64,000 bases of DNA from Bacillota bacterium (GTDB lineage: Bacteria > Bacillota > Clostridia > Christensenellales > Pumilibacteraceae), in the NCBI GenBank assembly GCA_009780135.1, contig WRAP01000002.1, forward strand, positions 5,840 through 69,839. Direction: 5' to 3'. The notes under the pieces are model-generated. The model was not told the DNA's origin. It did not search any database and saw only the letters and a program-made list of their open reading frames with translations. The position numbers were made by a program, and so were the translations under genes. Below are positions 30,550 to 40,883 of this stretch, piece by piece. Position 1 is the stretch's first letter. The number at the start of each line of letters is the position of its first letter.

Positions 30550-31430
30550 ATATCTTTGCCGGCTAGGGCATCGGAATAAGCTAAGTTTTTATCGAATAAT
30601 CTAGAATAAATTCTTGTGCCGTAGCGCTTCTCAATGCCGTCCTTACTTAGATTTGTAGTTATAAATGTTAGTTTACCTGTGTTTATTCTTTCGTTAAGCA
30701 CTAAGTATAAGTATTCATTTGTGATATTTTTAAGAATACTTTCGGTGCCTAAGTCATCTATAACTAATAAGTCAGCCTCTAGTAGAGGTTCTAAAAATGA
30801 TAATTTATTATCATCAAATGTTGTGTGATATTTAAGTGTACGATTTATAAATCCAAATGCGGTTACTGCAACAACGCAAAAACCTCGAGATAAAAATTCG
30901 TTGGCAGTAGCTCCAGCTAAAAGAGTTTTTCCATTTCCTGTACCGCCTAATAGCGTGATAACTCGGCGTTTGTTATTTGGATATAAATTACAAATTTTTT
31001 GTACATCTTCATAAATTCCTTTATTCCTAGTAACAAAATCACTATCAAAGCGTTTATAATCGATTTTAGAAAAGGGGGTTGTGGGGATTTCAATATTTTC
31101 AGTTTTATTGAGTGCTAAGCTAGAAACACATTTACAATAATCTTTACAAACAAAGCCAGTATCGTTGCATTTTTTGCATTCCGGAGATGGGGGAGTAAGT
31201 GATAGTCCTGCTTTTTTAAGTAGTTCGTCTTTTTGTTTTTGTAATTCTAATAGTTGCTTTTTGGCTTTAATATCGCCTTTAGCTTCTAATATACTAAGCG
31301 TTCTAATGTTTTTTTCTATATCAAAAAGCACCGCGTCATTTTCTATAGCAGAGTTTAATGCCAGCGTATGATATTCTAATGCTAGCTTCCGATTATGTAC
31401 AATTTGTTCTATGGTGTATTTATAGGTCAT
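30534..31430 (-). CDS. dnaI: DnaI/DnaC-type helicase loader (AAA+)
   Basis: An N-terminal Cys cluster (CKKCNDTGFVCKDYCKC) is followed by Walker A (GGTGNGKTLL) and Walker B (LLVIDDLGTE). The gene lies downstream of, and overlaps, a DnaD-domain gene. That is the classic dnaB-dnaI arrangement of Firmicutes. Confidence 0.8.
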   Translation of the reverse strand: MTYKYTIEQIVHNRKLALEYHTLALNSAIENDAVLFDIEKNIRTLSILEAKGDIKAKKQLLELQKQKDELLKKAGLSLTPPSPECKKCNDTGFVCKDYCKCVSSLALNKTENIEIPTTPFSKIDYKRFDSDFVTRNKGIYEDVQKICNLYPNNKRRVITLLGGTGNGKTLLAGATANEFLSRGFCVVAVTAFGFINRTLKYHTTFDDNKLSFLEPLLEADLLVIDDLGTESILKNITNEYLYLVLNERINTGKLTFITTNLSKDGIEKRYGTRIYSRLFDKNLAYSDALAGKDMRTAK

Positions 31431-32679
31431 TATCGTCTATCCTCTCAAACATTTCGTTAAGTTGTTCGGCTGTAAGCGTTCTGCTTATGAAATTTTTATT
31501 CCCTTCTCTAGCAACAACAGTATCATCATCTTTTATTTTTATGTTTTTTTGATTTTTTGATGGTTGAATTTCAGCTATTTTCTCTTTAACAAAAAATTCG
31601 TTTATGCTCTCTATGCTAAAGCAGTTTTCATTAGCAAAAGGCATAATAAAATTATCAGCAATAGATTTTAGCGAACGTTTATGATAGGGGAATTCTTTGC
31701 AATTATTGGCGATAGCAAGTAATCCATCGGCGGAAAAGCCTAGCTTTAACCATGGCTCAAAATATACCTCAACTGCCCACTCGTATGGCTCGTAAATTCC
31801 TAAAATAGTAATAAATTCTTTTACTAACTCAATATTTTTAGTTCTATTTACAACAAATTCCTCAATTTTTTCTATAGTTGCTAGACGATGTTTATTATAT
31901 AAAGCTAATTCGGTGTCAAATTTATCAATAGTTACCTTGCTTTTAGCATTTTTACTAAACAATTTTGCTACTGCTAAAATCATTTCTAAATCAAATTTAA
32001 ACTCAGTTTTCCATTTTATAAGTAGCTGTTTATCTAAATGATTTGGCACACTTGAGATTTTTAACGCTTTATAAATATCTATTAAGTCTGTCTCATATAG
32101 AGCAGTTTTTTCTATATGCTCGTTTACAGTTTTAAATGTACGGTAACCTTTTTCTATAAAATCATAAGCTACCCTTGTTATGTATCTATGATTGATGCTT
32201 TCGTCTTTTTTAAGTCGTTTAGAGTAGCCGATAATGGCAAGTAAAGCGTTTTCTTCCAGTCCATAACCTTCAATAAGAGAATAATATTCGTTATACTCGG
32301 TTTGAGAAATTTCCCGCTTGTTTATAAGGCGACAAAGTTCTTTATTGAAATCGGCAAATTTAGCTTTATCGTATTTTAATACTTGCTTAGAAATAGGTAC
32401 AACTTTATTAAAAATAATGTTAAGTGGTTCAAAATTTATATCTACTAATCCTTTTCGCTCCCAAAACTTAAATGCCTCTAAAACTTCACTTTTTTCCATA
32501 TCTAACTTAGCACAAATGCTTTCTAAACTACAGCCTCCCGCATTAGCATAAGTAAAAGCCATTAAATACACTTTAGTATATTCTTCGGGTGCTAACGGCA
32601 TATAGTCCAAAACAAATACGGCATCCAAGACTATTTTTTTGCTATCATTAAATTCTTTATGTAGCGAGACAAAACTCAT
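31420..32679 (-). CDS. DnaD-domain replication initiation/membrane attachment protein (B. subtilis DnaB-like)
   Basis: The protein is 419 aa. It has an N-terminal winged-helix-like region (VFVLDYMPLAPEEYTKVYLMAF) and a DnaD-like repeat region. It overlaps dnaI by 11 nt. Confidence 0.65.
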   Translation of the reverse strand: MSFVSLHKEFNDSKKIVLDAVFVLDYMPLAPEEYTKVYLMAFTYANAGGCSLESICAKLDMEKSEVLEAFKFWERKGLVDINFEPLNIIFNKVVPISKQVLKYDKAKFADFNKELCRLINKREISQTEYNEYYSLIEGYGLEENALLAIIGYSKRLKKDESINHRYITRVAYDFIEKGYRTFKTVNEHIEKTALYETDLIDIYKALKISSVPNHLDKQLLIKWKTEFKFDLEMILAVAKLFSKNAKSKVTIDKFDTELALYNKHRLATIEKIEEFVVNRTKNIELVKEFITILGIYEPYEWAVEVYFEPWLKLGFSADGLLAIANNCKEFPYHKRSLKSIADNFIMPFANENCFSIESINEFFVKEKIAEIQPSKNQKNIKIKDDDTVVAREGNKNFISRTLTAEQLNEMFERIDDNDL

Positions 32680-32797
32680 AATTTTACTTTAGCATAAACT
32701 TCAAAAAAAGACAAGCATAATCTAAAATAATTCTTAAAATCGTTTGCGAGTTTTTGGGCTTTATAGTATAATAAAATGTGTAGGGGAAGTGGAGAAA

Positions 32798-33751
32798 ATG
32801 CCTAAAAATATAAGCGAAAAAATGTTTAAGAATAATGCTTTTTGTGAGCTATTAGGGATAGAATATCCTATTATACAAGGTGGAATGGCGTGGATTTCTG
32901 ACGCCGAATTAGCGGCTGGAGTTTCTAATGCTGGCGGTTTAGGTCTTATTGCAGCGATGAGCAGTAATGGCGAGCAATTAAGGGCAGAAATTCAAAAATG
33001 TAAAAAATTGACGGATAAACCGTTTGGTGTAAATATAATGCTTATGAGTCCATTTTGCGATGAGGTAGCTAAAGTTGTTATAGAAGAAGGGGTTAAAGTA
33101 TTAACAACAGGTGCAGGTAATCCGGCTAAATATATGCCGATGTGGCTAGAAGCCGGTATTAAAGTTATACCTGTTACGGCAAGTGTAGCTCACGCAAAAC
33201 TAATGCAAAGAGCTGGGGCGAGTGCTTTAATTGCTGAGGGACAAGAAGCAGGTGGTCATATAGGAGAACTTACTACTATGGCACTAATTCCGCAAGTTGC
33301 AGATGCTGTTACTGTTCCGCTAGCGGCGGCAGGCGGTATTGCTGACGGGCGTGGTATTGCTGCAGTATTTATGTTGGGAGCTGAAGCTGTTCAGGTCGGC
33401 ACAAGATTTTTAGTAGCTAAAGAGTGCGGTATTCATCAAAATTATAAGGATTTTGTGCTTAAGGCTAACGATGTAGCGACTACCGTTACCGGCAGAAGAA
33501 CAGGTCATCCTGTTAGAAGTTTGAAATCGGAATTTAGTAGAAGTTTTAGTAAGATAGAAAATGACCCTAATGTAACAGATGAGGAAATTGGCAAGTTAGG
33601 TAGTGGTGCGCTTAGAGCGGCGGCAAAAGACGGCGATAAACTAAAGGGTAGCTTTATGGCAGGGCAAATAGCCGGGCTAGTTAATAAAGAGCAGACAGCA
33701 AAAGATATTATAGAAGAAATGTTTAGTAAAGCTAAGGAGTTATTGTCGTAA
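32798..33751 (+). CDS. fabK: Enoyl-[ACP] reductase FabK (FMN, nitronate monooxygenase fold)
   Basis: Characteristic segments YPIIQGGMAWIS, GAGNP and AEGQEAGGHIG are present. The gene sits directly upstream of fabD. The start was placed at MPKNISEK, preceded by a GGGGAAGTGGAG RBS. Confidence 0.85.
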   Translation: MPKNISEKMFKNNAFCELLGIEYPIIQGGMAWISDAELAAGVSNAGGLGLIAAMSSNGEQLRAEIQKCKKLTDKPFGVNIMLMSPFCDEVAKVVIEEGVKVLTTGAGNPAKYMPMWLEAGIKVIPVTASVAHAKLMQRAGASALIAEGQEAGGHIGELTTMALIPQVADAVTVPLAAAGGIADGRGIAAVFMLGAEAVQVGTRFLVAKECGIHQNYKDFVLKANDVATTVTGRRTGHPVRSLKSEFSRSFSKIENDPNVTDEEIGKLGSGALRAAAKDGDKLKGSFMAGQIAGLVNKEQTAKDIIEEMFSKAKELLS

Positions 33752-34602
33752 TGAAAAAAGCAATATTATTCCCCGGTCAAGGGGCACAAGCGAGTGGAAT
33801 GGGGAAAGCATTGTATGAAAGTTCATTTGTTGCTCAAGAGGTTTTTGATAAATTAGAAGCAATTCGTTCGGGAACAATTAAGCAATGCTTTGAAGGTAGT
33901 AAAGAAGAATTATCACAAACTATAAATACTCAACCATGTATTTTTGCGGTTAGTATGGCAAATGCGATGGCAACTGTAGGGGAATTCACTGAACTTCCGA
34001 TTGTAGCAGGTTTTTCACTTGGAGAGGTTGTGGCATTAACATTTGCAGGAGTTATGAGTTTAGAGGACGGCTTTAGAACGGTTGTAGAAAGAGCTAAACT
34101 TATGAATGAAGCTACTAGCGAAGTAAAAGGCACAATGAGTGCGGTGTTACGATTGGAAACAGAAGTTATTGAACGGTTAGCAAGCGAGAATGGTGTTTAT
34201 ACGGTAAATTATAATTGTCCCGGACAAGTCGTAGTTAGTGGCGAAGTAGATAATATGGCAAAGTTTAACGAGGCTGTAAATTCAGCGGGTGGACGAGCAA
34301 TGCCATTGGCTGTAAGCGGTGCGTTTCATAGCCCATATATGAAGTCGGCTAGCGACAAATTTAGAAAATTTTTAGATACAATAGAAATATCTCCGCCAAA
34401 AATGTCAGTTTATAGTAATGTTACAGCAAAGCCGTATCCAAACGATATAGAAAAAATAAAGGATTTATTTGCAAGCCAAATTTCAAGCCCTGTATTGTGG
34501 GAGCAAACAGTTAGGGATGTGATAGCTAGTGGAGCTATGGAATTTATAGAAATGGAACCTGGTAAGGTTTTAACGGGATTGGTAGCAAAAATAAAATCGT
34601 AG
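33751..34602 (+). CDS. fabD: Malonyl-CoA:ACP transacylase
   Basis: FPGQGAQ is present. The active-site motif GFSLGE (the GHSLGE equivalent) and AFHSPYM are also present. The start overlaps the fabK stop as TAATG. Confidence 0.9.
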   Translation: MKKAILFPGQGAQASGMGKALYESSFVAQEVFDKLEAIRSGTIKQCFEGSKEELSQTINTQPCIFAVSMANAMATVGEFTELPIVAGFSLGEVVALTFAGVMSLEDGFRTVVERAKLMNEATSEVKGTMSAVLRLETEVIERLASENGVYTVNYNCPGQVVVSGEVDNMAKFNEAVNSAGGRAMPLAVSGAFHSPYMKSASDKFRKFLDTIEISPPKMSVYSNVTAKPYPNDIEKIKDLFASQISSPVLWEQTVRDVIASGAMEFIEMEPGKVLTGLVAKIKS

Positions 34603-34651
34603 GGATTATTACTGAACTCCCAAATCAAATAAAAAAGGAAAATCATATTAA

Positions 34652-35086
34652 ATGAAAAAAACACTTAAATCAATTTGCATTATATTAGCAATATCTTTAT
34701 TCGGCTTTTTGCTGGTTGGTTGTGGTGCATACGAGCCGACAGTCCCTGATTTTGTTGTTAATCCACCCGAGTGCCGTTTAGAGATAGAAGAGATATTAGA
34801 AAGAGAAGGTTGGGCGATAGTTCCAATATTTACAGGTGTTGATGTTATAACAGCTAGAAAAAATTCCTATACGACTAGATACGACATTATAGAGGAGGTT
34901 CGATTTCATTTTCCTCTACTCGACCGTCCGGCAACGACCGTAGAAAGGTCTTATGAGTTTCAAAAAAATCATATGATTCAAAGAGACGAATTCCATCACG
35001 GCAGGGGTGATCGCTTTTGGTGGGCGGTATTTAGAAACGACTCAGTAGTGTCTGTTTGGAATAGAGTGGAGATTGATAGGGAGTAA
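34652..35086 (+). CDS. Small lipoprotein, hypothetical
   Basis: The signal peptide and lipobox read ILAISLFGFLLVGCGA. The protein is 144 aa and I recognise no family. Confidence 0.55.
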   Translation: MKKTLKSICIILAISLFGFLLVGCGAYEPTVPDFVVNPPECRLEIEEILEREGWAIVPIFTGVDVITARKNSYTTRYDIIEEVRFHFPLLDRPATTVERSYEFQKNHMIQRDEFHHGRGDRFWWAVFRNDSVVSVWNRVEIDRE

Positions 35087-35138
35087 AAAACAAAATTATA
35101 TCGGAACGCAGAAATAATACTAACTAAAATAGAAAATT

Positions 35139-35897
35139 ATGAACAGAATAAAAGAAAAAAATGTAATTGTAACAGGCGGAGCCAGAGGTATTGGATACGC
35201 TATCGCCGAAAAGTTTGCTTTAGAGGGTGCTAATATCATTCTTAATGATTTTTGCGACCAAAGCGTACTAGAAGAATCCGCTAAAAACTTGCAAGCAACA
35301 GCAAAACAAAACGGACACAGCATAAGAACTGCTTCATACCGCTTTGATGTATCGAATTTTGAAGCCTCTAAAGAGGGTATAGATGTTATACTTAAAGACT
35401 TTACTAAGGTTGATATTTTAATCAATAATGCAGGTATCACCAAGGATAAGCTGGTTATGCAAATGACCGAAGCCGATTTTGATAGCGTTATTGGTGTTAA
35501 TCTAAAGGGTAGCTTTAATATGATTAGGCATCTGTACCGTAATTTTATGGCTAACCGTAGCGGTAGCATTATCAATATCGCAAGCGTAGTTGGACTTATG
35601 GGTAGTGCCGGGCAGGCAAATTACTCGGCCGCAAAGGCAGGTGTTGTTGGTTTAACAAAAACTGTTGCAAGAGAGCTTGGCGGTAGAGGAATCACAGTAA
35701 ACGCAATCGCCCCCGGCTTTATTGAAACAGCTATGACGGCAGTTTTAAGCGATGAGGTTAAGCAAAAATATTTCGAGCTTATTCCTCTAAAACGAGGCGG
35801 AACAGCCGAAGAAGTAGCACATTTAGCATTATTTTTAGCAACCGCAGGCTATATTACAGGCGAAGTTGTTAAAATAGATGGCGGGTTGTATATATAG
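35139..35897 (+). CDS. fabG: 3-oxoacyl-[ACP] reductase (SDR)
   Basis: TGGARGIG, NNAGI, the YSAAKAG catalytic motif and IAPGFIET are all present. Confidence 0.9.
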   Translation: MNRIKEKNVIVTGGARGIGYAIAEKFALEGANIILNDFCDQSVLEESAKNLQATAKQNGHSIRTASYRFDVSNFEASKEGIDVILKDFTKVDILINNAGITKDKLVMQMTEADFDSVIGVNLKGSFNMIRHLYRNFMANRSGSIINIASVVGLMGSAGQANYSAAKAGVVGLTKTVARELGGRGITVNAIAPGFIETAMTAVLSDEVKQKYFELIPLKRGGTAEEVAHLALFLATAGYITGEVVKIDGGLYI

Positions 35898-36030
35898 TGC
35901 ATGGTGCTTAGTTCGTAGTGTATTAGTGAAGGATAAAATAATATTGTATGGGCGGGTATCAACCGACCGAACCTTATAAAAAATGAATCATTTTTAAGTC
36001 TTAAATTTTAAGTCTTAAGTGGAGAAAATT

Positions 36031-38544
36031 ATGGCAAAAAAAAGAGATGAAGAACTAAATATCGTAGACAAAACGAAAGTTGTTAAGCGTCAGCTAAAAG
36101 AAGAGATGGAACGCAGTTTTATAGCATATGCTATGGCTGTTAATGTTTCTAGGGCTATTCCCGATGTTAGAGACGGCTTAAAGCCTGTGCATCGCCGTAT
36201 ACTTTACGCTATGCATGATATGGGTATTCATAGCGATAAACCGCATAAAAAGTGCGCTAGAATTGTCGGTGAAGTGTTGGGTAAATACCATCCTCATGGT
36301 GATAGCAGTGTTTATATGGCACTTGTGCGTATGGGACAACCATTCTCTATACGCAATCCGCTTATAGATGGGCAAGGTAACTTTGGCTCTATAGATAACG
36401 ACCCTCCTGCCGCTATGCGTTACACGGAGGCTCGTTTATCTAAAATCGCAGGCGAAATGCTTCGTGACATAGATAAGGAAACTGTAGATTGGGCTCCTAA
36501 CTTTGATGATACGTTAGAGCAACCTACAATTCTGCCAGCTAAATTTCCTAACCTTTTGGTAAATGGCTCCGACGGTATTGCTGTTGGTATGGCTACTAAT
36601 ATTCCTCCTCATAATCTAGCTGAATGTATAGATGCGGTAACAGCCTTAATCGATGACCCAGATATTGGCATCGACGATTTATGCAAATTTATGCCTGCTC
36701 CCGATTATCCGACAGGCGGTGTTATTATGGGCAGAATGAATATTCGCCACGCATATCGCACTGGTCGTGGCGGTGTTGTAACAAGAGCAAAAACCGAAAT
36801 CGAAGAATATAAAGCCAAAGAAGGCGGAGAGGCAACTCGTCAACGCATTATTGTAACTGAGCTTCCTTATCAGGTTTGTAAAGAAGATTTAGTTATAGCT
36901 ATTGCCAATATGGTAAAAGAAAAGCGTATCGAAGGTATTGCCGACCTTAAAGACGAATCCGACCGTACAGGTATCCGTATTGTTATTGAGGTTAAAAGAG
37001 ATGCTCAAGCGCCTGTTGTATTAAATATGCTCTATAAGCATACTAATTTGCAGGTTTCTAACGGTATAATTTTCTTATCGCTTGTAAACGGCGAGCCTAA
37101 AATCCTTAATCTTAAAGAGATGCTTTACTACTACTTAGAGCATCAAAAAGAGATTATTGTTAGAAGAACTAAGTTCGAGTTAGAAAAAGCGTTAGAGCGT
37201 GAGCATATTGTAGAGGGGCTTGTTATTGCACTTGCTAATATAGACGAGGTTATCGCTATAATTAAGCAAAGTAGAGATAAGTTTGAGGCTTGTGAAAAAC
37301 TGATGTCTAGGTTTATTTTGTCAGACAAGCAAGCAAATGCAATTTTAGAAATGCGTTTATCTCGTCTTACCAGCTTAGAGGTTGAGAAATTAAACGAGGA
37401 ATTAGCGGAATTAAAAGAACTTATTTCTAAACTAAAAGGTATTTTAGCCGACCCACAGAAAGTTTTAGATATTATTAAAACGGAATTGCTTGAAATTAAA
37501 GAGAAATTTGGTGAGCCAAGACGCACAGAGCTTCAAGTAGATTATGACGAAATTGATATTGGCGATTTAATAGATAAAGAAGATGTTGTAATTTCTATGA
37601 CTCACTTTGGTTATATTAAGCGACTTCCTAAAAACGAATATAAAGCCCAAAAGCGTGGCGGTAAGGGTGTTACAGCTCATAAGCCTAAAGAGGCAGACTT
37701 TGTAGAGAAAATGTTTGTTACAAATACTCATGACAATTTGCTATTCTTTACAAATGCAGGCAAGGTTTATGTTTGTAAAGCGTACGAAATTCCCGAAGCT
37801 GAAAGAGCGGCGAGGGGCAGAGCAATTGTTAATTTATTGCAATTAGGCGAGGGTGAGAAGGTTACTGCTGTTATAAAAGTAGAAGAAGACGGTTATAGAG
37901 GTAATCTTATGATGGCAACTCGTAAGGGTTTAATTAAGAAAACCGCGCTTGCAGAATTTGAAAATATTAGAAAGGTTGGTAAAAGGGCGATAACTCTACT
38001 AGAAGGCGACGAGTTAATGCATGTACAGTTGACTAACGGCAGAGACGAAATTCTTATGGCAAGTCACGAGGGTAAATGTATTAGATTTAGCGAAGAAAAT
38101 GTTAGAAGAATGGGTCGCACAAGTCAAGGTGTTCGCAGTATGAAACTAAATCCAAACGATTATGTTGTAGATATGACAGTTGTTGTAGACGGCTATGAGG
38201 TGCTTACAATAAGTGAAAACGGCTACGGAAAACGAAGCGATTTAGAAGATTACCGTCTGCAATCCAGGGCAGGTAAAGGCATACTTGCTGGTCAATTTAA
38301 TGAAAAAACCGGTAAATTAGTAAACCTAAAACTAATCGACCCTGAAAACGATATTATGATAATCGCAGATAATGGTATTATTATCCGTATGCGTGCTAAA
38401 GAAGTTTCTAACATCGGCCGTAACACTCAAGGTGTAAGAATGATGAAATTAAAGAACGAAGGCAAAGTTGTCTGTGTTGCTCTAACTCCACCCGAAGCCG
38501 AAGAACTCGACGAAGGCGAAGAGGGTGAGGGAAGTGAAGAATAA
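36031..38544 (+). CDS. gyrA: DNA gyrase subunit A
   Basis: [14 protein letters not shown], the QRDR-type segment HPHGDSSVY and the active-site segment [10 protein letters not shown] are present. The GyrA-box QKRGGKG distinguishes this protein from ParC. An acidic tail is present. The start is ATG 36031, after the RBS AAGTGGAG. Confidence 0.93.
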   Translation: MAKKRDEELNIVDKTKVVKRQLKEEMERSFIAYAMAVNVSRAIPDVRDGLKPVHRRILYAMHDMGIHSDKPHKKCARIVGEVLGKYHPHGDSSVYMALVRMGQPFSIRNPLIDGQGNFGSIDNDPPAAMRYTEARLSKIAGEMLRDIDKETVDWAPNFDDTLEQPTILPAKFPNLLVNGSDGIAVGMATNIPPHNLAECIDAVTALIDDPDIGIDDLCKFMPAPDYPTGGVIMGRMNIRHAYRTGRGGVVTRAKTEIEEYKAKEGGEATRQRIIVTELPYQVCKEDLVIAIANMVKEKRIEGIADLKDESDRTGIRIVIEVKRDAQAPVVLNMLYKHTNLQVSNGIIFLSLVNGEPKILNLKEMLYYYLEHQKEIIVRRTKFELEKALEREHIVEGLVIALANIDEVIAIIKQSRDKFEACEKLMSRFILSDKQANAILEMRLSRLTSLEVEKLNEELAELKELISKLKGILADPQKVLDIIKTELLEIKEKFGEPRRTELQVDYDEIDIGDLIDKEDVVISMTHFGYIKRLPKNEYKAQKRGGKGVTAHKPKEADFVEKMFVTNTHDNLLFFTNAGKVYVCKAYEIPEAERAARGRAIVNLLQLGEGEKVTAVIKVEEDGYRGNLMMATRKGLIKKTALAEFENIRKVGKRAITLLEGDELMHVQLTNGRDEILMASHEGKCIRFSEENVRRMGRTSQGVRSMKLNPNDYVVDMTVVVDGYEVLTISENGYGKRSDLEDYRLQSRAGKGILAGQFNEKTGKLVNLKLIDPENDIMIIADNGIIIRMRAKEVSNIGRNTQGVRMMKLKNEGKVVCVALTPPEAEELDEGEEGEGSEE

Positions 38545-38646
38545 AGCTATATAGGGGGACGCACACTGGGTGTCCAGAGAAGCACCGCCAAATTGTGTAT
38601 ATGAGAACTTGCCATCCGAGCACTAAAAAAACATAAAAGGTAAAAA

Positions 38647-38985
38647 ATGTGTGAAAATAATAAAAAAAAGCCTAATAATAAGATATGGCAACCTATTACC
38701 ATATTGGTGCTTGTTTTAATCGTATATGGGATGCTAATTTCAACAACTCTTCTGTTTCTTTTTACTTCAAGCTGGTATGGATTGTTGTTTGGATTAACTT
38801 TGCATTTTGGGACAGTATTAGCGACTGTCGTAATAGTTGTGGCAGTTAAATATTTTGACATAGAATATTCAGCTCCAAAATTCTGCAAAAATATTGTCAA
38901 AATTTCCATTGTACTTGCTATACTGGCACTTGTAGTTATTGGTGTAATATTTTTTATTATAATTATAGGTTTTGCGTGTAGTTAA
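38647..38985 (+). CDS. Small multi-TM membrane protein, hypothetical
   Basis: The protein is 112 aa and almost wholly hydrophobic, with three predicted TM segments. Confidence 0.45.
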   Translation: MCENNKKKPNNKIWQPITILVLVLIVYGMLISTTLLFLFTSSWYGLLFGLTLHFGTVLATVVIVVAVKYFDIEYSAPKFCKNIVKISIVLAILALVVIGVIFFIIIIGFACS

Positions 38986-39102
38986 TTTATATGGTTATAA
39001 AAAATAAAAAACTAAAAACCGTAGGTGCGGATAAGTAATATTCGCATCTTAGAAAATCGTATGAGACGCACTCTTCAGTGTCTCAAAAACAAAGGGAAAA
39101 TC

Positions 39103-40146
39103 ATGTCAACAACAAAACCAATAACATACGCCGATGCAGGTGTCGATGTCGAAAAAGGCTATAAGGCCGTAGAGCTTATAAAAAAGCACTCAAAAAGTAC
39201 TTTTAATAAAAATGTGTTATCTGATTTAGGTAGCTTTGGTGGCCTATACAGTATTGCTAACGAAAATCTTAAAGAACCTGTGCTAGTTAGTGGTACGGAC
39301 GGAGTAGGCACAAAGCTGAAATATGCGTTTATTGCTAATAAACATGATACAATCGGCATAGATTGTGTGGCGATGTGTGTAAATGATGTTGTGTGCCACG
39401 GAGCAAAACCGCTTTTCTTTTTGGATTACTTAGCAACAGGTAAGCTAGAGCCCGAAAAAGCGGCCGAAATTGTTGGCGGGATAGCTGAGGGTTGTAGGCA
39501 AGCTGGGTCTGCTTTAATTGGTGGTGAAACTGCTGAAATGCCTGGTTTTTACGAGGCAGGCGAGTACGATATGGCAGGCTTTTGCGTTGGCATTGTAGAT
39601 AAATCTAAGATTATAAATGGTAGCGATATTAAAGCGGGCGATAGTCTTATAGGGATAGCGTCTAGCGGTATTCATTCAAACGGTTTTTCGCTTATTCGTA
39701 AGTTATTCGGCGAGGATAAAAAAGTTTTAGAAAATACAAAAGGCGAGCATTGCTCTAGCCAAAATTCACTACTAGATGAGTTTTTAATCCCGACAAAAAT
39801 ATATGTAAAAACTGTATTGCATTTAGTGGATAAATTTAACATTAAAGGAATTGCTCACATAACGGGCGGTGGCTTTATAGAAAATATTCCGAGAATTTTT
39901 CCAAAAGGCATCGGCGGAGTAGTAGAACTTAGTAGCTACAAACTGCCAACAATTTTCGAATTCATTAAAGAAAAATCGGGTTTAAGCGATAAAGAGTTAT
40001 ACAATACTTTTAATATGGGGATAGGCTTAGTGTTATGCGTAGATAAAAAAGACGAACAAACAGTTTTAGCCGAACTTAAAAACTTAGGCGAACCTGCATT
40101 TGTTATTGGTAAAACAATATCAGGTGAAGGATTGGAATTAAGATAA
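39103..40146 (+). CDS. purM: Phosphoribosylformylglycinamidine cyclo-ligase
   Basis: ITYADAGVDVEKG, GTDGVGTKL and DCVAMCVNDV are present. The start MSTTKP follows the RBS AAAGGGAAAA. Confidence 0.93.
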   Translation: MSTTKPITYADAGVDVEKGYKAVELIKKHSKSTFNKNVLSDLGSFGGLYSIANENLKEPVLVSGTDGVGTKLKYAFIANKHDTIGIDCVAMCVNDVVCHGAKPLFFLDYLATGKLEPEKAAEIVGGIAEGCRQAGSALIGGETAEMPGFYEAGEYDMAGFCVGIVDKSKIINGSDIKAGDSLIGIASSGIHSNGFSLIRKLFGEDKKVLENTKGEHCSSQNSLLDEFLIPTKIYVKTVLHLVDKFNIKGIAHITGGGFIENIPRIFPKGIGGVVELSSYKLPTIFEFIKEKSGLSDKELYNTFNMGIGLVLCVDKKDEQTVLAELKNLGEPAFVIGKTISGEGLELR

Positions 40147-40147
40147 A

Positions 40148-40747
40148 ATGCAAAACGCACAAAAAAAACGAATAGCGGTGCTGTGTTCAGGTAGCGGGTC
40201 TAATCTGCAAGCACTTATTGACGCCGAGAAAGAAAATAAATTTAACGGCGAAATTTGTTTAGTTATTGCTTCTAATCCTAACGCATACGCTCTTGAGCGA
40301 GCAAAACAAAACAACATTCAAACCGCTGTTTTTTACTTATCAACTTTTGCAACTCCAGAGCTTCGTGACAATGCTATCACAAATCTACTCAACCTACATA
40401 ATATTGATTTAGTTGTGCTTGCAGGCTATTTAGGTATTTTAACTCCTGACTTTTTTGCTAACTTTACTAATCCCATTATCAATATCCATCCCTCGCTTTT
40501 GCCAAAATTTGGTGGAGCAGGTATGCATGGATTGGCAGTACATACGGCAGTGATAAATGCAAAAGAAACTCATAGCGGTGCTACAGTACATTATGTGGAT
40601 TGTGGGATAGATACAGGTTGCATTATAGCACAAGATAGTCTAGAAATATTATCAACAGATACTCCCGAAATACTTCAACAAAGAATGCTACACCAAATAG
40701 AACACCCTCTTTTAGTTAAAGCGGTTACACAGTTGTGTAGCGAATAA
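40148..40747 (+). CDS. purN: Phosphoribosylglycinamide formyltransferase
   Basis: SGSGSNLQALID, VLAGYLGIL, NIHPSLLP and GATVHYVD are present. Confidence 0.92.
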   Translation: MQNAQKKRIAVLCSGSGSNLQALIDAEKENKFNGEICLVIASNPNAYALERAKQNNIQTAVFYLSTFATPELRDNAITNLLNLHNIDLVVLAGYLGILTPDFFANFTNPIINIHPSLLPKFGGAGMHGLAVHTAVINAKETHSGATVHYVDCGIDTGCIIAQDSLEILSTDTPEILQQRMLHQIEHPLLVKAVTQLCSE

Positions 40748-40762
40748 TATAGGAAAACAACT

Positions 40763-40785
40763 TATGAAAAAATATGCACTATTAT
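40763..40785 (+). repeat. attL core, the left copy of a 23-bp direct repeat
   Basis: TATGAAAAAATATGCACTATTAT is identical to 56796-56818. This copy encodes only MKKYALL followed by a stop, so it is a 7-codon stub of purH. Confidence 0.85.
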
Positions 40786-40862
40786 GATGTTTTTAATCAC
40801 TAGATATAGTATTTTCACAGGCATTTTTGACGCTTTTACCACTATATATGGATGCTAAAATG

Positions 40863-40883
40863 ATTTAGTCACAATTTAGTCAC
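40863..40883 (+). repeat. Two direct ATTTAGTCAC copies 11 bp apart, candidate arm-type integrase sites on the left arm
   Basis: ATTTAGTCAC occurs at 40863-40872 and 40874-40883. The same decamer recurs three to four times on the right arm, at 56677-56727. Confidence 0.55.

Noticed and set aside
35120-35575. A 151-aa ORF lies antisense to fabG.
   Set aside because: It overlaps a clearly conserved SDR gene throughout. It has no motifs and is a shadow ORF.
38545-38646. A hairpin-like GGACGCACACTGGGTGTCC follows the gyrA stop.
   Set aside because: The stem is short and imperfect and has no U-tract. This is insufficient for a terminator or ncRNA call.
38986-39102. I looked for a purine or ZTP riboswitch upstream of purM.
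   Set aside because: I could not find the conserved purine-riboswitch core (UAUAAU...AUAUGG...CCGUAAAU...CGACUAUG type) or the ZTP CCGCCUGGGC element. Only small generic hairpins are present.
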